From contig NC_068983.1 in the NCBI RefSeq assembly GCF_001194135.2, positions 67,495,879-67,535,158 on the forward strand: 39,280 bases of DNA. The letters run 5' to 3'. The notes under the pieces were generated by a model. That model was not told the DNA's origin, did no database searches, and worked only from the letters and a program-made list of their open reading frames with translations. Below are positions 11,797-24,084 of the stretch, piece after piece. The position numbers and the translations under genes were made by a program. Source of the stretch: Octopus bimaculoides. Its lineage: Eukaryota. Within the stretch, counting starts at the first letter, position 1, and each line of letters starts with the position of its first letter.

Positions 11797-12644
11797 GTAC
11801 TCCCACGAACGTTATATTTATATTTAGAGATCTTGGTATAGATACAAATATGGCTACAAATAGATAGCTTTGAATGTATGGCACAGATAATTAATTTTTG
11901 GAATATACGCATATTAATTAGACGCATTTTTAACTGGAACTCACATTCCAATATAGACTTCTCTATATAGACCCGTAAACAAACGTAGGCTCAGATTAAC
12001 ATATAAATACAATACCACACACAAGTACGCATACGAGCACATCCTCCATCCATACATCGATCATCCATATAATAAATTCATCAGTATACATATCCATCCA
12101 TCTATCCATGTCTCCGTCTTTGCAACAATGCTCATTTATATGTATGTGTATATGTGTGATGTAGATCCGTTTGTTTCATTTATATACGTCTGTGTACTTA
12201 TGTCTATGTTACAAACACACACATATGGCCGTTGTATGTATGTATGTATGTATGTATGTATGTATANNNNNNNNNNNNNNNNNNNNNNNNNNNNNNNNNN
12301 NNNNNNNNNNNNNNNTATATATATATTTATATATATATCGAACATTTTAACTTAATGAACCAACTTCGTGTGTTACTCTTTGAACAACCTTCACTTAAAA
12401 ACGAAATTGAAGACATAATTGCATCCTTTAGCATAATGAAACAATGTTATAGAAATCTATAAATTTATGCAACAAAACAGAAATAAGAAGATTCCTCCTG
12501 GTTTATATAACCTCTCGGTAATTGTTAATTTTTTAGGTAAGAATAAGCCAACATTTCAGAAAAAAGTAATTTTGTCATTTTATGATAATTTTATTTCTAC
12601 AGTTTAAATATCTACAAGGTAATAAATGTCTATAACTATATAGT

Positions 12645-12900
12645 GGTCTTGTTGTTTAGTTCGAGATGAATTTTAATCAAGCCAACCTACGATCAAAGGT
12701 ATTCTAACCGTGACCGTCTCATCTACCACTCTAAAAAAAAGTGAAAAAAAAATATTTAATAACGTGGCTTCATCGTTTTTGATCATATTTTTGCTCGATT
12801 GAACTAATCTGAAGTTAAACAATAGCAACAACAAGTAGAGTGCTTGTTTGGGGGAGATTTGGTTGCTAATTCCAGTGCGTCATTCGATCACATATAGGCT
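12645..12900 (-). mobile_element. Degenerate interspersed repeat (SINE-like, GCTAGAAATAGCAGCCAAAT family)
   Basis: Reverse complement has GGAATTAGCAACCAAATCTCCCCCAAA and GGTCACGGTTAGAATACCTTTGATCGTAGG...CTAAACAACAAG, matching the copies at 16010-16215 and 18585-18750. Confidence 0.5.
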
Positions 12901-13719
12901 TCGTCCATTGGCTGCAGTTTGGTAACATTTTTATATCTATTAGGTCGGTGATTTTTGGTAAAGTTAATGAAAATGACGCTTCACGCCTGTTTTCGATCTG
13001 TACTGGATGTCGGCCAGTTGATGAGTATTTTTACTATTGTTTTTATGAACATTGATGAAATATGCTGGTTTTGACGCCTGACACTTGCAATGTCTTCATA
13101 TGTTTGCAGAGGTGAGAGGAAACAATTTTTTTAGACTTTAATCTACGACATCTAACAACGCATAAAGATTTGAAAGAAAATTTACAGAGGTAATTTTATT
13201 TAATGGCAATGTAGAAGAGGAAGGATACCTCTCATAGCCTTTTTCTTGGGCCCTTAAGAGGAAGGGAAGATGTTTTCTTCAAAGAGAAGACGCGTGCAAC
13301 AGTCTTGCAACAGAGTCTTGTAGCAGTGCTTGCAAGAGAGTGTTAACCGCTAAAAGCACTGAAGGTTTAGTTGTTGGTTGTCAGTATAGACATAAGGGAC
13401 AATCCCGTGGCCCTTGTTGCCAGAACATGATATTGAATATAATTGTCAATAATGCACAGATGAAATGAATTGAATCATATGTATCGTAAAAGATTCAGAT
13501 TTTTATATATCGATTTGTGGGTGATTAGTTGTATTGATTCCTGTGAGAAAATGAATGGTTCTTCAGACGTTCATATTGTACATTGGAAGCATAGTGAAAA
13601 TTGGGCTATTGTACATTGGAAGCATAGTGAAAATCGACTCAACAGAAGTACACTTTTTCACACATTCTCATTAATATATGTAATTATTCTTATTCTTTAT
13701 TTTTCAGTTTATTTCCATA

Positions 13720-14030
13720 TGAAACTTAAACTGTATACGTCACTAGTAAAAGTTGCTTTTAAACATGGAAGAATCATGGCATATAAATCAAACTATAGTT
13801 AATTGTTTTAGATACTTTGAAAATAGAGTATTACAAAGGAGCTTGGAAATCAAATGACGGATTTTGTGAGAAATGTAGTGATCTGAGATATAACGAAGTA
13901 CCATATATAGACGAGGAAATGCCTAAGAGTAGATGGTTATGGGTAAGCCACATACTTCGTCCTCTGAAAACCAGCAAAATGGTCAAACAGTATATGGACA
14001 GGCCAAGTTATCACCTTAGTCATTTTGGGT
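13720..14030 (+). pseudogene. Fossil RTE-clade LINE C-terminal fragment
   Basis: MKLKLYTSLVKV / LLLNMEESW...FENRVLQRSLEIK* / PYIDEEMPKSRWLWVSHILR parallels RTE TKLRLY..LLYG.E.W...FE..CLRRIL.I.W...RRW.W.GH.LR. Confidence 0.55.
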
Positions 14031-14519
14031 GAGAGCAATGCTGAGAGAAGAAGGGAAACAGAAGAGACAAGCCTAGCGAAAATAAGAAGCACTTTAGTAC
14101 TGGGGTATATTTCTACTAAATTACTGTTATATTACTGTTTAAACAATATTGATCATATAATTCTGCTTATACTTGTAATAATAATGATGTACCAGTGTTA
14201 GAAACCATTATTATTATTAATAATAATCTAAATCAATGTCTGAAATACGTATTTTGATCTTTAGGATGACGTCTAACTCATGACAATCTTCTCCTATTTC
14301 TTTTTTTTTTTGCAATTAAAAATTTGATGAATGAATGTGCACACAGCTGTTCTTTTTTAATATTGCACTTATGAGTAAAACGCGATGGGGGACGAAAAAG
14401 TGTTACTATTAATTAATTCATTCATTCAATAACTTTCTAATTTTTTAATTTGAAAGTAAATTGCATCTAATAATTTTTCAATTATATTATTATTCATAAT
14501 GATTTACAACAAAAGCAAA

Positions 14520-14690
14520 AGGCCATAAATTTAGGAAGCAGGAGCAGTTGATCATTTTGGGACAAGCACTTCAATGGTACTTTATTTTATCGATCTAGGA
14601 AGAATGGCGTTTGAGTGCAGAGCGTACACAGTGGGAACAAATACCACAAGACATTTTATCCGAGGCTCTGTCGATTCTGCCAATCTAGCT
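14520..14690 (-). mobile_element. Degenerate SINE (same family as the 17829-18519 copies)
   Basis: Reverse complement: TTGGCAGAATCGAC...AAAATGTCTTGTGGTATTT...GATCGATAAAATAAAGTACCA. Confidence 0.55.
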
Positions 14691-14719
14691 TCGATTTCGG
14701 GTAAAGGAACATGGGTGAT

Positions 14720-14880
14720 GGGTAGTGTCAGTTAAATCGGCCACACACGACTTCCTTGATATTTATTTCATTGATCCAGGAAGGGTGAACGACAAGATCG
14801 AGCAAGACGGGGTTTGAACTTAGAACGTGAAAAGAACTAAATATATTTTGTTACATCTTGGGAGGATCATTGCGCCAATA
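14720..14880 (-). mobile_element. Second degenerate SINE copy, tandem to the previous one
   Basis: Reverse complement: CACGTTCTAAGTTCAAACCCC...TTCACCCTTCCTGGATCAATGAAATAAATATCAAG. Confidence 0.5.
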
Positions 14881-15044
14881 ATAGAAGAAAATTTGCTTCA
14901 ACACAAGTGTTCAGATCAAGATTATTGCAAACCAAATATAAAAACGAGATATTCTAAGCTAAATATATACCGTTTAGCATTATTTATGCCCAGCGCACAA
15001 CTGATTCTGGCAGCCAACTCCCCAAGCTCATTCCACTCCACTTT

Positions 15045-15232
15045 GTGACATGTGGCAACAATGACATCAAAATGCACCTCCGTAACACTTTATAGTCTCA
15101 CAGCAGGACACAAACATGTGCAGTAACACGGCTCTTCATAGCAACAGACAACACATATAACAGCACAGTTATGCATAGCAACGAAAATTTCTGTACAGAC
15201 AGGCATCGAAACCTGATACACATACACACACA

Positions 15233-15276
<44 letters not shown>

Positions 15277-15529
15277 TGTATAATACGTATCGCTATTCAG
15301 TAACATACTAAGTAAAATTGTCATGTTCATATACACTCTGACACTGAACTACAAGTCTATAGTGACTCTTATAAATATAGCGACATAGTCGCAACACTTT
15401 CCTATTCATTATGTACATACAACATTGTTAACAAAGACAAAAATATCAACATAACCACATGCATAGCAACACAACCACACACTTAGAAACAAAGCCGTAT
15501 ATGCATAGCAATATAGGAGCCATACATAC

Positions 15530-15617
<88 letters not shown>

Positions 15618-16000
15618 CAACATAGTAGTGAACGTAGTAACACTGCTATAAGCAAACATACAGCCACATGAACAGCAACTCTGACATGCAAATCAGCCCA
15701 CCACCCTCAAAGCACATAGTGATATGGATGGCTACAAATTTACACGCATGTTGACACTGTTATACTAACAGTTACGCCGTCTCACATAGCAACTCGGTGA
15801 CATACATGACAATATATTCTCCTTCATAGCAACACCATCATACACTTAGTAGCACAGTGACATGCATAACAATACTGCTTCTCTCGCAGCAATACTGTCA
15901 CACTCATATAAATTCGCTAACATGCATAACAACACAACCACTCTTGTAGCAACATCGACATATATAGCAACCATACCACAGACATTGCAATAACACTACT
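15045..16000 (+). repeat. Ancient degenerate ~60-bp minisatellite interrupted by (CA)n and (TA)n
   Basis: Recurrent CATAGCAAC and ACATGCATAACAA motifs; three adjacent ~59-60 bp units visible at ~15788-15965. Confidence 0.45.
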
Positions 16001-16009
16001 GCTTACAGG

Positions 16010-16215
16010 TCGAGTCAACGAGAAAACCTCTAAGTGATCGTTCGATTTGCTAGAAATAGCAATCACATTTCTCTAAAATCACGACGTTTATTAGTTAGGA
16101 AACACTGATTAATGTTGTCAAGGGTTTATTATGCATGGAGAAGGTGGGGATAGTCACGGTTGAGTGCTTTTGATTAGAAAAGTCTATTTGAACAGGGCCT
16201 GTTTGAGATAAGCGA
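16010..16215 (+). mobile_element. Interspersed repeat (GCTAGAAATAGC family)
   Basis: TTCGATTTGCTAGAAATAGCAATCAC...GGGATAGTCACGGTTGAGTGCTTTTGAT...ATAACAAAAC; shared with 12645-12900 and 18585-18750. Confidence 0.5.
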
Positions 16216-16868
16216 TAATAACAAAACGTAAAAATCAGCGAATACTTTTCATAAGTTTCTCATTGCACACACAAACACGCAACACAAATTAATACATACG
16301 GACACAAACACAGGTCTATACATGCACCCATAAATACACAGAGGTAGACACGGATCCGCACACACTGCTAGATACAGAAAAACGTACACGTTTATAGACA
16401 GAATCAGCGATACACAATGCACAACCAATTCACTTTCAATTGCACGTTAACACACAAACACACACACATACATACAAACACACAAAGAGATTAACACACA
16501 CAAACAAACAGGTATACGTGTGTCAACGCGTTGGACAGTGCGTTAACACACCGTCACACAAACACACACGTGTCCACACTGATAGATCCAAAACAGCCAG
16601 ACAGAAACAAATTCGTAGCATCACCACCTGTCTTTCGCACACACACCATCCCACCACACACAAACATAATCACACAGACATACACATACACAATGCAAGC
16701 ACATACACAATCAAACATGTGTGTGTCTAAGCGATTATGCTAGTGTGTGCTCGCGTGCGTGTGTGTTTGTGTTTATATACATTTGTATTCAAGTAATATA
16801 TGCGTTTATATGTATATGTGCATAAACATATGAAGACATACACAAACGCACACGCACGCACACACACA

Positions 16869-16919
<51 letters not shown>

Positions 16920-17327
16920 GCATATATACATAATTAACCAGACAGTTACGCACTCACACACGTATACATGTATAGCCACGCATAAGCATATCCCAAAACA
17001 CTTAGCTAGATACACACGTGCACACATCAGATATAAACATAACTGATTGTCATAGACCACACGCCCACAATCAACATAAAGCAGCGGCATTTTACTCGTA
17101 CATTAACAATAAATGCATACACTAAAACACACACACACACACACGCACACACACACATACACACACACACACACACACTTAGCCAGATACTTGTACAAGT
17201 GTATATGTTCCTGCGTACATAATGAGACTGACACATACCTGCATATAAGCATAGACAATAAACACGTACATAGAACGACAGACACACGTACACACATTTT
17301 TAATTCATACATATACATATATACTGT

Positions 17328-17404
17328 GGATTGCAGATTCGTCGAAGCTTTGGATTAAAAAATGCCTTGCAGCATTTTCCCGATTTACTATGTGTCTTTC
17401 TAAG
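17328..17404 (+). mobile_element. SINE head running into a gap (likely fourth member of the tandem SINE array)
   Basis: GCAGATTCGT...AAAAAATGCCTTGCAGCATTT resembles the heads of the downstream copies; (ATT)n resumes after the gap at 17745. Confidence 0.4.
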
Positions 17405-17744
17405 NNNNNNNNNNNNNNNNNNNNNNNNNNNNNNNNNNNNNNNNNNNNNNNNNNNNNNNNNNNNNNNNNNNNNNNNNNNNNNNNNNNNNNNNNNNNNNNN
17501 NNNNNNNNNNNNNNNNNNNNNNNNNNNNNNNNNNNNNNNNNNNNNNNNNNNNNNNNNNNNNNNNNNNNNNNNNNNNNNNNNNNNNNNNNNNNNNNNNNNN
17601 NNNNNNNNNNNNNNNNNNNNNNNNNNNNNNNNNNNNNNNNNNNNNNNNNNNNNNNNNNNNNNNNNNNNNNNNNNNNNNNNNNNNNNNNNNNNNNNNNNNN
17701 NNNNNNNNNNNNNNNNNNNNNNNNNNNNNNNNNNNNNNNNNNNN

Positions 17745-17810
<66 letters not shown>

Positions 17811-17828
17811 TTATTATTATTATTATTA

Positions 17829-18034
17829 AAGTGGCGAGCTTGCAGAATCGTTTGCACGCCGAGCGAATTGTCTAGTGGTGGTATTTCGTCTGTCTTCGTG
17901 TTCTGAGTTCAAATTCCGCCGAGGTCGACTTTGCCGTTCATCCATTCGGGGGTCGATAAATTAAGCACCATTGAAACACTGGGGTCGATGTAATTGAATC
18001 ATGCCCTCCCCCAAATGGCCGCCCTTGTGGCAAA

Positions 18035-18035
<1 letters not shown>
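17829..18035 (+). mobile_element. tRNA-derived SINE with Meta-like central domain, copy 1
   Basis: GTGGCGAGCTTGCAGAATCG...GAGTTCAAATTCC (B box)...GAGGTCGACTTTGCCGTTCATCCATTCGGGGTCGATAAATTAAGCACC, then (ATT)n tail. Confidence 0.75.
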
Positions 18036-18082
<47 letters not shown>

Positions 18083-18084
<2 letters not shown>

Positions 18085-18282
18085 GGCAGCGAGATAACAG
18101 AATCGTTAAAACTCCGGTCAAAGACGTTTAGTGGCATTAGGTTCGTCCTAACGTTCTGAGTTCAATTTTCGCCGTGGTCGACTTTGCCTATCATCGTTTC
18201 GGAGTCGATACCAGTCAAGTACTTGGCCTATTTAATCGACTACCCACTCAAAATTTCAGGTCTTGTGTCTTCAATAATATGG
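18083..18282 (+). mobile_element. Same SINE family, copy 2
   Basis: AAGGCAGCGAG...CAGAATCG...GAGTTCAATTTTCGCCGTGGTCGACTTTGCCTATCATCG, then (ATT)n tail. Confidence 0.7.
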
Positions 18283-18300
18283 ATTATTATTATTATTTTT

Positions 18301-18519
18301 AAGGTTGCGAACTGGCAGATTCGTTACTGCGCCGGACAAAATGCTTAGCGGTATTTCTTCGTTTCTACGTTCTGATTTCAAATTCCGCCGAGGTCGACTT
18401 TCCTTTTCATCCTGTCGGGGTCGATGAAATAAGTACCAGTGGAGCACTGGGCTCGATGTCGTCTGCTAGCCCCCTCTTGCCAAAACTTTCAGCTTTTGTG
18501 CATCTAGTAAAATGAAGTC
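18301..18519 (+). mobile_element. Same SINE family, copy 3
   Basis: GGCAGATTCG...TTCAAATTCCGCCGAGGTCGACTTTCCTTTTCATCCTGTCGGGGTCGATGAAATAAGTACCAG, then (ATT)n tail. Confidence 0.75.
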
Positions 18520-18584
18520 ATTATTATTATTACACCTACGATACACAACTAAATACAAGTCAACAAGCGAACATCTATGTAATT

Positions 18585-18750
18585 GTTCAAATTGCTAGAA
18601 ACAGCAGCCAAATTCTCCGTTAAATCGCAACCCGGCGTCTGCGTAAAGGTTACTCTGAATAATGTGGTTTCGAGTTCCCTGCATACAGGAATAAGACGGT
18701 ACTGTCACAGCTGCAATACCAGGGCTGAGTTGGGGTTTCAACGACCTCAA
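18585..18750 (+). mobile_element. Interspersed repeat (GCTAGAAACAGCAGCCAAAT family)
   Basis: TTCAAATTGCTAGAAACAGCAGCCAAATTCTCC...CAGGGCTGAGTTGGGG; shared with 16010-16215. Confidence 0.45.
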
Positions 18751-19861
18751 CAGGATAGATGGACAGGCACTCACAGGAACACGCACATGGCGTTATGCAT
18801 ACATACACATTGTCTAAGCACAGAGGCAGCATCTCTTTCCTCTACTCTCTCCCCTTCTCCCTTTCCCTTCTCTTTACATACACTTACACAGATAATGTCA
18901 CAAACGGAGACAGTTAACGCGCCCCGTGACACTTCAACTTTGATTTCCTTCAGATGATAAGCGTGTCGATTCACTCTTAATCTCTCTACCCACCCATGCT
19001 CTGAGTCAACCTTAGCCTTCTCTCCTCTTATTTCATATCGCCACACATTCCCATCTCAATTCATCCCCATCACTCTTTATATGTTTTCTCAGGAACATAC
19101 GCAAGCAGACAAAACGAGCACACACATGGAGAGTGAGAGAGAAAGAGAGAGACAGAGAGAGAGAGAGAAAGAAAGAGAGAGAGAGAGAGAGAAAGAGAGA
19201 AAGAGAGGGAGAGAGAAAGAGATAGAGGGAGGGAGGGAGGGATCCCTCAATACTCACACGCATATATAGGCAAACTACACGTAATATAAATACGCAACTA
19301 GTACATACATGCATACACACACACACACACACACACGCACACACATATATATGCACATACATATATGTGTACATACATATATGAATACATTCATGCATAC
19401 ACACAGCCACATATACACACGCGAACGCACACACGCACACACACACACAACACACACACACACACACACACACATATATCAAAAGGATGTGTTATAATAC
19501 TATTCCACAGTCATACCAACAATCCAACATACCTCCATCATCAGCTGCCCCGCGGGTATCATTATGGTTTCGACACCTGGGCAGTACCATTTAATTTGGC
19601 AGTGTCAACAGCACTAAAATACGTGTTGTTTGGGAACAAACAATCCAAAGGAACCACAACTTTCAAACATATCTACCCTATGTACAACTGTATCGATAAA
19701 TAAATTCAATAAATACGTAACTAAACAACGACAACTCTATTAAGTCATACAAAAATTATAATCCCAACCGTCTTCCGTTGTGTTATGTAAAAGTAAAAGC
19801 CTGATAGCCACATTATTTCAATCAATCAATATATATAGGCAGGATTAAACACTAACTTCAA

Positions 19862-20483
19862 TAAAACTACATAACCCTTACTTTCAGTTCATCTTTGTGC
19901 CCCCACACATAATAAAGGGGTTACAGTCTAGGGAGTTTGGTAGCCAGATATTAGGAGTGATGTGGTTGCAGAAATTGTCTGACAGTCACGGCTGGGTTCT
20001 CCTGATTGTGCGGCATGGTGCAGTCTTGTTGCCAGACATAGGGTCTTCCAGCAACCACCCTCTTGACCCAGGACAGCGCTACCTCCTCCAGGCAATCGAT
20101 GTAGTTCTCAGTGTTGAGTCTGAGGCTGTATGAGAAGATGACTGGAGGCATAACGTCGTTATCACTAGTGATCACTCCAAACACCATGATATTGACCGGA
20201 TGTTTGATTTTTATTACTCTCGGTAAATGTCCGCAGATTGCATTGTCTTCATATTGACACCCAAACACTCTGACATGTTCGTATTGGAGCTTCCGGCGCG
20301 AATAACAAGTAATACAGCATGTCGTTTCCAAATTTCTGGCAGAGTAAATTGCGTGACGGTGGTGTTTTTCTTACAGACGGTGCCCAACGGACCCAACTAT
20401 ACTGTGTAGTCGACAAAATATTTTTCTAAAAACTGCGCATGCCCGAAATTAAAAATATAGAATGGTGACAATTTACTCATCGC
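19862..20483 (-). mobile_element. Internally deleted DD37D-like transposon (second family)
   Basis: N-terminal EIWKRHAVLLVIRAG (parallels QEMKRHAIIVVIKA at 8830) joins directly to HPVNIMVFGVITSDNDVMPP...GRPYVWQQD, then after a frameshift HITPNIWLPNSLDCNP..YVWG. The middle of the transposase and the 3' TIR are missing. Confidence 0.8.
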
Positions 20484-20499
20484 TCTCTCACTCTCTCTA

Positions 20500-20556
<57 letters not shown>

Positions 20557-21477
20557 NNNNNNNNNNNNNNNNNNNNNNNNNNNNNNNNNNNNNNNNNNNN
20601 NNNNNNNNNNNNNNNNNNNNNNNNNNNNNNNNNNNNNNNNNNNNNNNNNNNNNNNNNNNNNNNNNNNNNNNNNNNNNNNNNNNNNNNNNNNNNNNNNNNN
20701 NNNNNNNNNNNNNNNNNNNNNNNNNNNNNNNNNNNNNNNNNNNNNNNNNNNNNNNNNNNNNNNNNNNNNNNNNNNNNNNNNNNNNNNNNNNNNNNNNNNN
20801 NNNNNNNNNNNNNNNNNNNNNNNNNNNNNNNNNNNNNNNNNNNNNNNNNNNNNNNNNNNNNNNNNNNNNNNNNNNNNNNNNNNNNNNNNNNNNNNNNNNN
20901 NNNNNNNNNNNNNNNNNNNNNNNNNNNNNNNNNNNNNNATATATATATATATATATATACACACGAGCGCGCGCACAAATACATATGCAGCTATATAACA
21001 TATACACATAGATGTATGTATAGACATATATGTATGTATGCATGTAAACATACATACGCTCACATACTTCGGAAGGCGTTTTACATGATAACATTAAACA
21101 AATGTAACAATAATTTGGCACCTACATCTGTTTGATAACATTGTCCGAAACCATAGCAAGCAGTTTCACAACTTACATAATCTCCAGACACATACATACA
21201 AAGCACACATGCATACACACATACACAAACACACTCATACTTACACACACGCACACGCACAGACGTAAAAACACACACAGACAATACACATATACACATG
21301 CACAAATACACACACACACACTCACACACATACACTCACATACACAAGCACAAACACGCACACATGCGCGCGCAAGCAACTCTCCCACACTTTCATTCTC
21401 AACCTGTTTCTGATTTTCCCTCCCATCTACTAATTCTCTGTCTGCCCATTCACCCTGTCATCTATCTACCTCTCTTT

Positions 21478-21519
<42 letters not shown>

Positions 21520-22435
21520 ACATACACATACAAACACACACACACACACACGCACAAACACAAACACACACACATCTGTCTAGCAGACGCTATTGCAGTC
21601 TGTGTGCTGGATTTGTTTTGTCTACACCTCTATCACATTACTTTCTTTTTTACCCCTATCTCTTCTTCCCCTCTCTCTCTCTCTCAGTCTCTCTCTCTCT
21701 CGGTCGCTCGCGCTCTGTATGTATGTATATATGTATGTATGGATGGATGGATGGATAGAATTTGGAAAGATACTTCTATGTCTGTTTATCTTATTCTATA
21801 GTCCACTGTCTGTCTTTCACCATCACCCACCACCCCCGCACCTCTTTTCCTTCCTTACCTTTCGTTACTAACAACCAGTCTGTAAATGAAGCAGTTAATA
21901 TTTCGTGCCTCGAAGTAACTCCTGGTTTGTTGTTATTTACACAAATGTACTGAATTGTTTGTCAGTATCACACACACACACACGCACACACACAATCCCC
22001 GCCTCTTTCACTCTCTGTCTGTCTGTCTATCTCTCTCTCTTTCTCTCTTACTCTCTCTCTCTCTATCTCTCTCTCTCTCACTCTCTTTCTCTCTCTCTCC
22101 GTATGTGAGTGTGTGAGTGTGTAATTATATAAAAAGCAAGAGCAGTGGAATTACGTAATCAACTTCATTGGCTTACAGCTGTTTCTGCCGTTAGATGCAG
22201 TGCACTTTGGAAACGCGGAGAAAGCTATTACGTGATGCATGGGTATTGAGCTCTAAATGCACCTGCCTCTTATAACAAAAAAAACCTGTAGGTGAATGAA
22301 ATGGATTACGTCATTTCTGTTAACTTGTCTTTTTTATTCAAGTTCATATTACACTCTGTGCCCGACTAACGCTTTATTCCGAAGCATATGTATATTGTGT
22401 TGTTCTAACACCAGGTTATCAATTTCACTAAGCTT

Positions 22436-22608
22436 GAGCGGTATGGCCTAGTGGTTAGAGTGTTGCACTCACGATCGTGAGATCGTGTTTTCAATCCCTA
22501 GACCGAGTGGTGCATTGCGTCCTAGAGCAAAACATTTCATCTCACGTTTCTCCGCGACCACCTGACGCTTAGTATACCGTACATTTGTTCAGGTCATTCG
22601 GCAAGAAG
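22436..22608 (+). mobile_element. tRNA-derived SINE, partial
   Basis: A box TGGCCTAGTGG at 22444-22454, degenerate B box TTTTCAATCCC, then TCCTAGAGCAAAACATTTCATCTCACG. Confidence 0.6.
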
Positions 22609-22673
22609 CTCAACACTTCTTGCCGAACGACCTGCACAAATGGTACATATATATATATATATGTACCATTTGT
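22579..22673. repeat. Nested inverted repeats (30-bp hairpin plus a TA-centred perfect palindrome)
   Basis: 22579-22608 pairs with 22616-22646 (2 mismatches, 1 bulge, 7-nt loop). 22636-22673 is ACAAATGGTAC(AT)8GTACCATTTGT, a perfect palindrome abutting the gap. Confidence 0.9.
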
Positions 22674-23220
22674 NNNNNNNNNNNNNNNNNNNNNNNNNNN
22701 NNNNNNNNNNNNNNNNNNNNNNNNNNNNNNNNNNNNNNNNNNNNNNNNNNNNNNNNNNNNNNNNNNNNNNNNNNNNNNNNNNNNNNNNNNNNNNNNNNNN
22801 NNNNNNNNNNNNNNNNNNNNNNNNNNNNNNNNNNNNNNNNNNNNNNNNNNNNNNNNNNNNNNNNNNNNNNNNNNNNNNNNNNNNNNNNNNNNNNNNNNNN
22901 NNNNNNNNNNNNNNNNNNNNNNNNNNNNNNNNNNNNNNNNNNNNNNNNNNNNNNNNNNNNNNNNNNNNNNNNNNNNNNNNNNNNNNNNNNNNNNNNNNNN
23001 NNNNNNNNNNNNNNNNNNNNNNNNNNNNNNNNNNNNNNNNNNNNNNNNNNNNNNNNNNNNNNNNNNNNNNNNNNNNNNNNNNNNNNNNNNNNNNNNNNNN
23101 NNNNNNNNNNNNNNNNNNNNNNNNNNNNNNNNNNNNNNNNNNNNNNNNNNNNNNNNNNNNNNNNNNNNNNNNNNNNNNNNNNNNNNNNNNNNNNNNNNNN
23201 NNNNNNNNNNNNNNNNNNNN

Positions 23221-23258
<38 letters not shown>

Positions 23259-23263
23259 CATAC

Positions 23264-23415
23264 ATGACGGGATTCTTTCAGTTTCCGTCTACCAAATCTG
23301 CTCACATGGTTCTAGTCGACCTGAGACTATAGTAGAAGACACTTGCCCAAAGTTCCGCGCAGTGGAACTGAACCCTGGTTGAGACGCAAGCTTCTTACCG
23401 CACAGCCAAGCTTGC
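23264..23415 (-). mobile_element. Octopus OK-like tRNA SINE, 5' part
   Basis: Reverse complement: GCAAGCTTGGCTGTGCGGTAAGAAGCTTG...GGGTTCAGTTCCACTGCG...TTGGGCAAGTGTCTTCTACTATAG...GATTTGGTAGACGGAAACTGAAAGAATCCCGTC; homologous to 28773-28885. Family name is from recall. Confidence 0.8.
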
Positions 23416-23667
23416 GTCTTGAAACATATGAAAAGAATGTCAAACCGATGCAGATTTTGTGGAGTTAACACCCACATCATAATCAGTTGTCCAAAAATAT
23501 CGCCGCGATATTGTCTACCGATGAGACATGATGTTGTAGCCAGGACACTATTTTAGTATATATGACCATGCATAGATATGGTAGTATATACATGAGAATA
23601 CATATATAAGGCAAAACATATAAAGCTGCACTTGCACTGGCTCCAAATATTTCACATATACACCTGC

Positions 23668-23754
23668 AAAAATACCCTGTTGATGTTGAAATTCCAGTGA
23701 AGGAACTAGGTTAGAAACCGACTATTCCTCTATTGAAATAAGACTAAATAATGA
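23668..23754 (-). mobile_element. Short repeat embedded in (TATG)n-type microsatellite
   Basis: Reverse complement TCATTATTTAGTCTTATTTCAATAGAGGAATAGTCGGTTTCTAACCTAG...GGAATTTCAACATCAACAGGGTATTTTT; homologous to 27953-28035 and 28061-28170. Confidence 0.65.
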
Positions 23755-23781
23755 CATACCTACATACCTACACATACACAC

Positions 23782-23851
<70 letters not shown>

Positions 23852-24084
23852 TCTCCCTCTGTCTCTCTCTCTCCGAGAACAGCTTCTCTTTTATATACGT
23901 ATAGAAAATATAACTGTGTAGCTTTATAATTTTTATCAAGATTTTTTACCCATATTTTCATTGGGATTCTTTGCATTGTATTGGGAATAGTAAAGTTCTT
24001 GAATACTCTCATCAATGTTTCCAGTCCTTCACGGTGTTATTTTCTGGATAAAGTGATTTGGGAGTATGACACAAGATGACGTCA

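Noticed and set aside
13574-13634. 28-bp direct repeat with 5-bp spacer
   Set aside because: A simple local 33-bp tandem duplication with two copies; not CRISPR-like.
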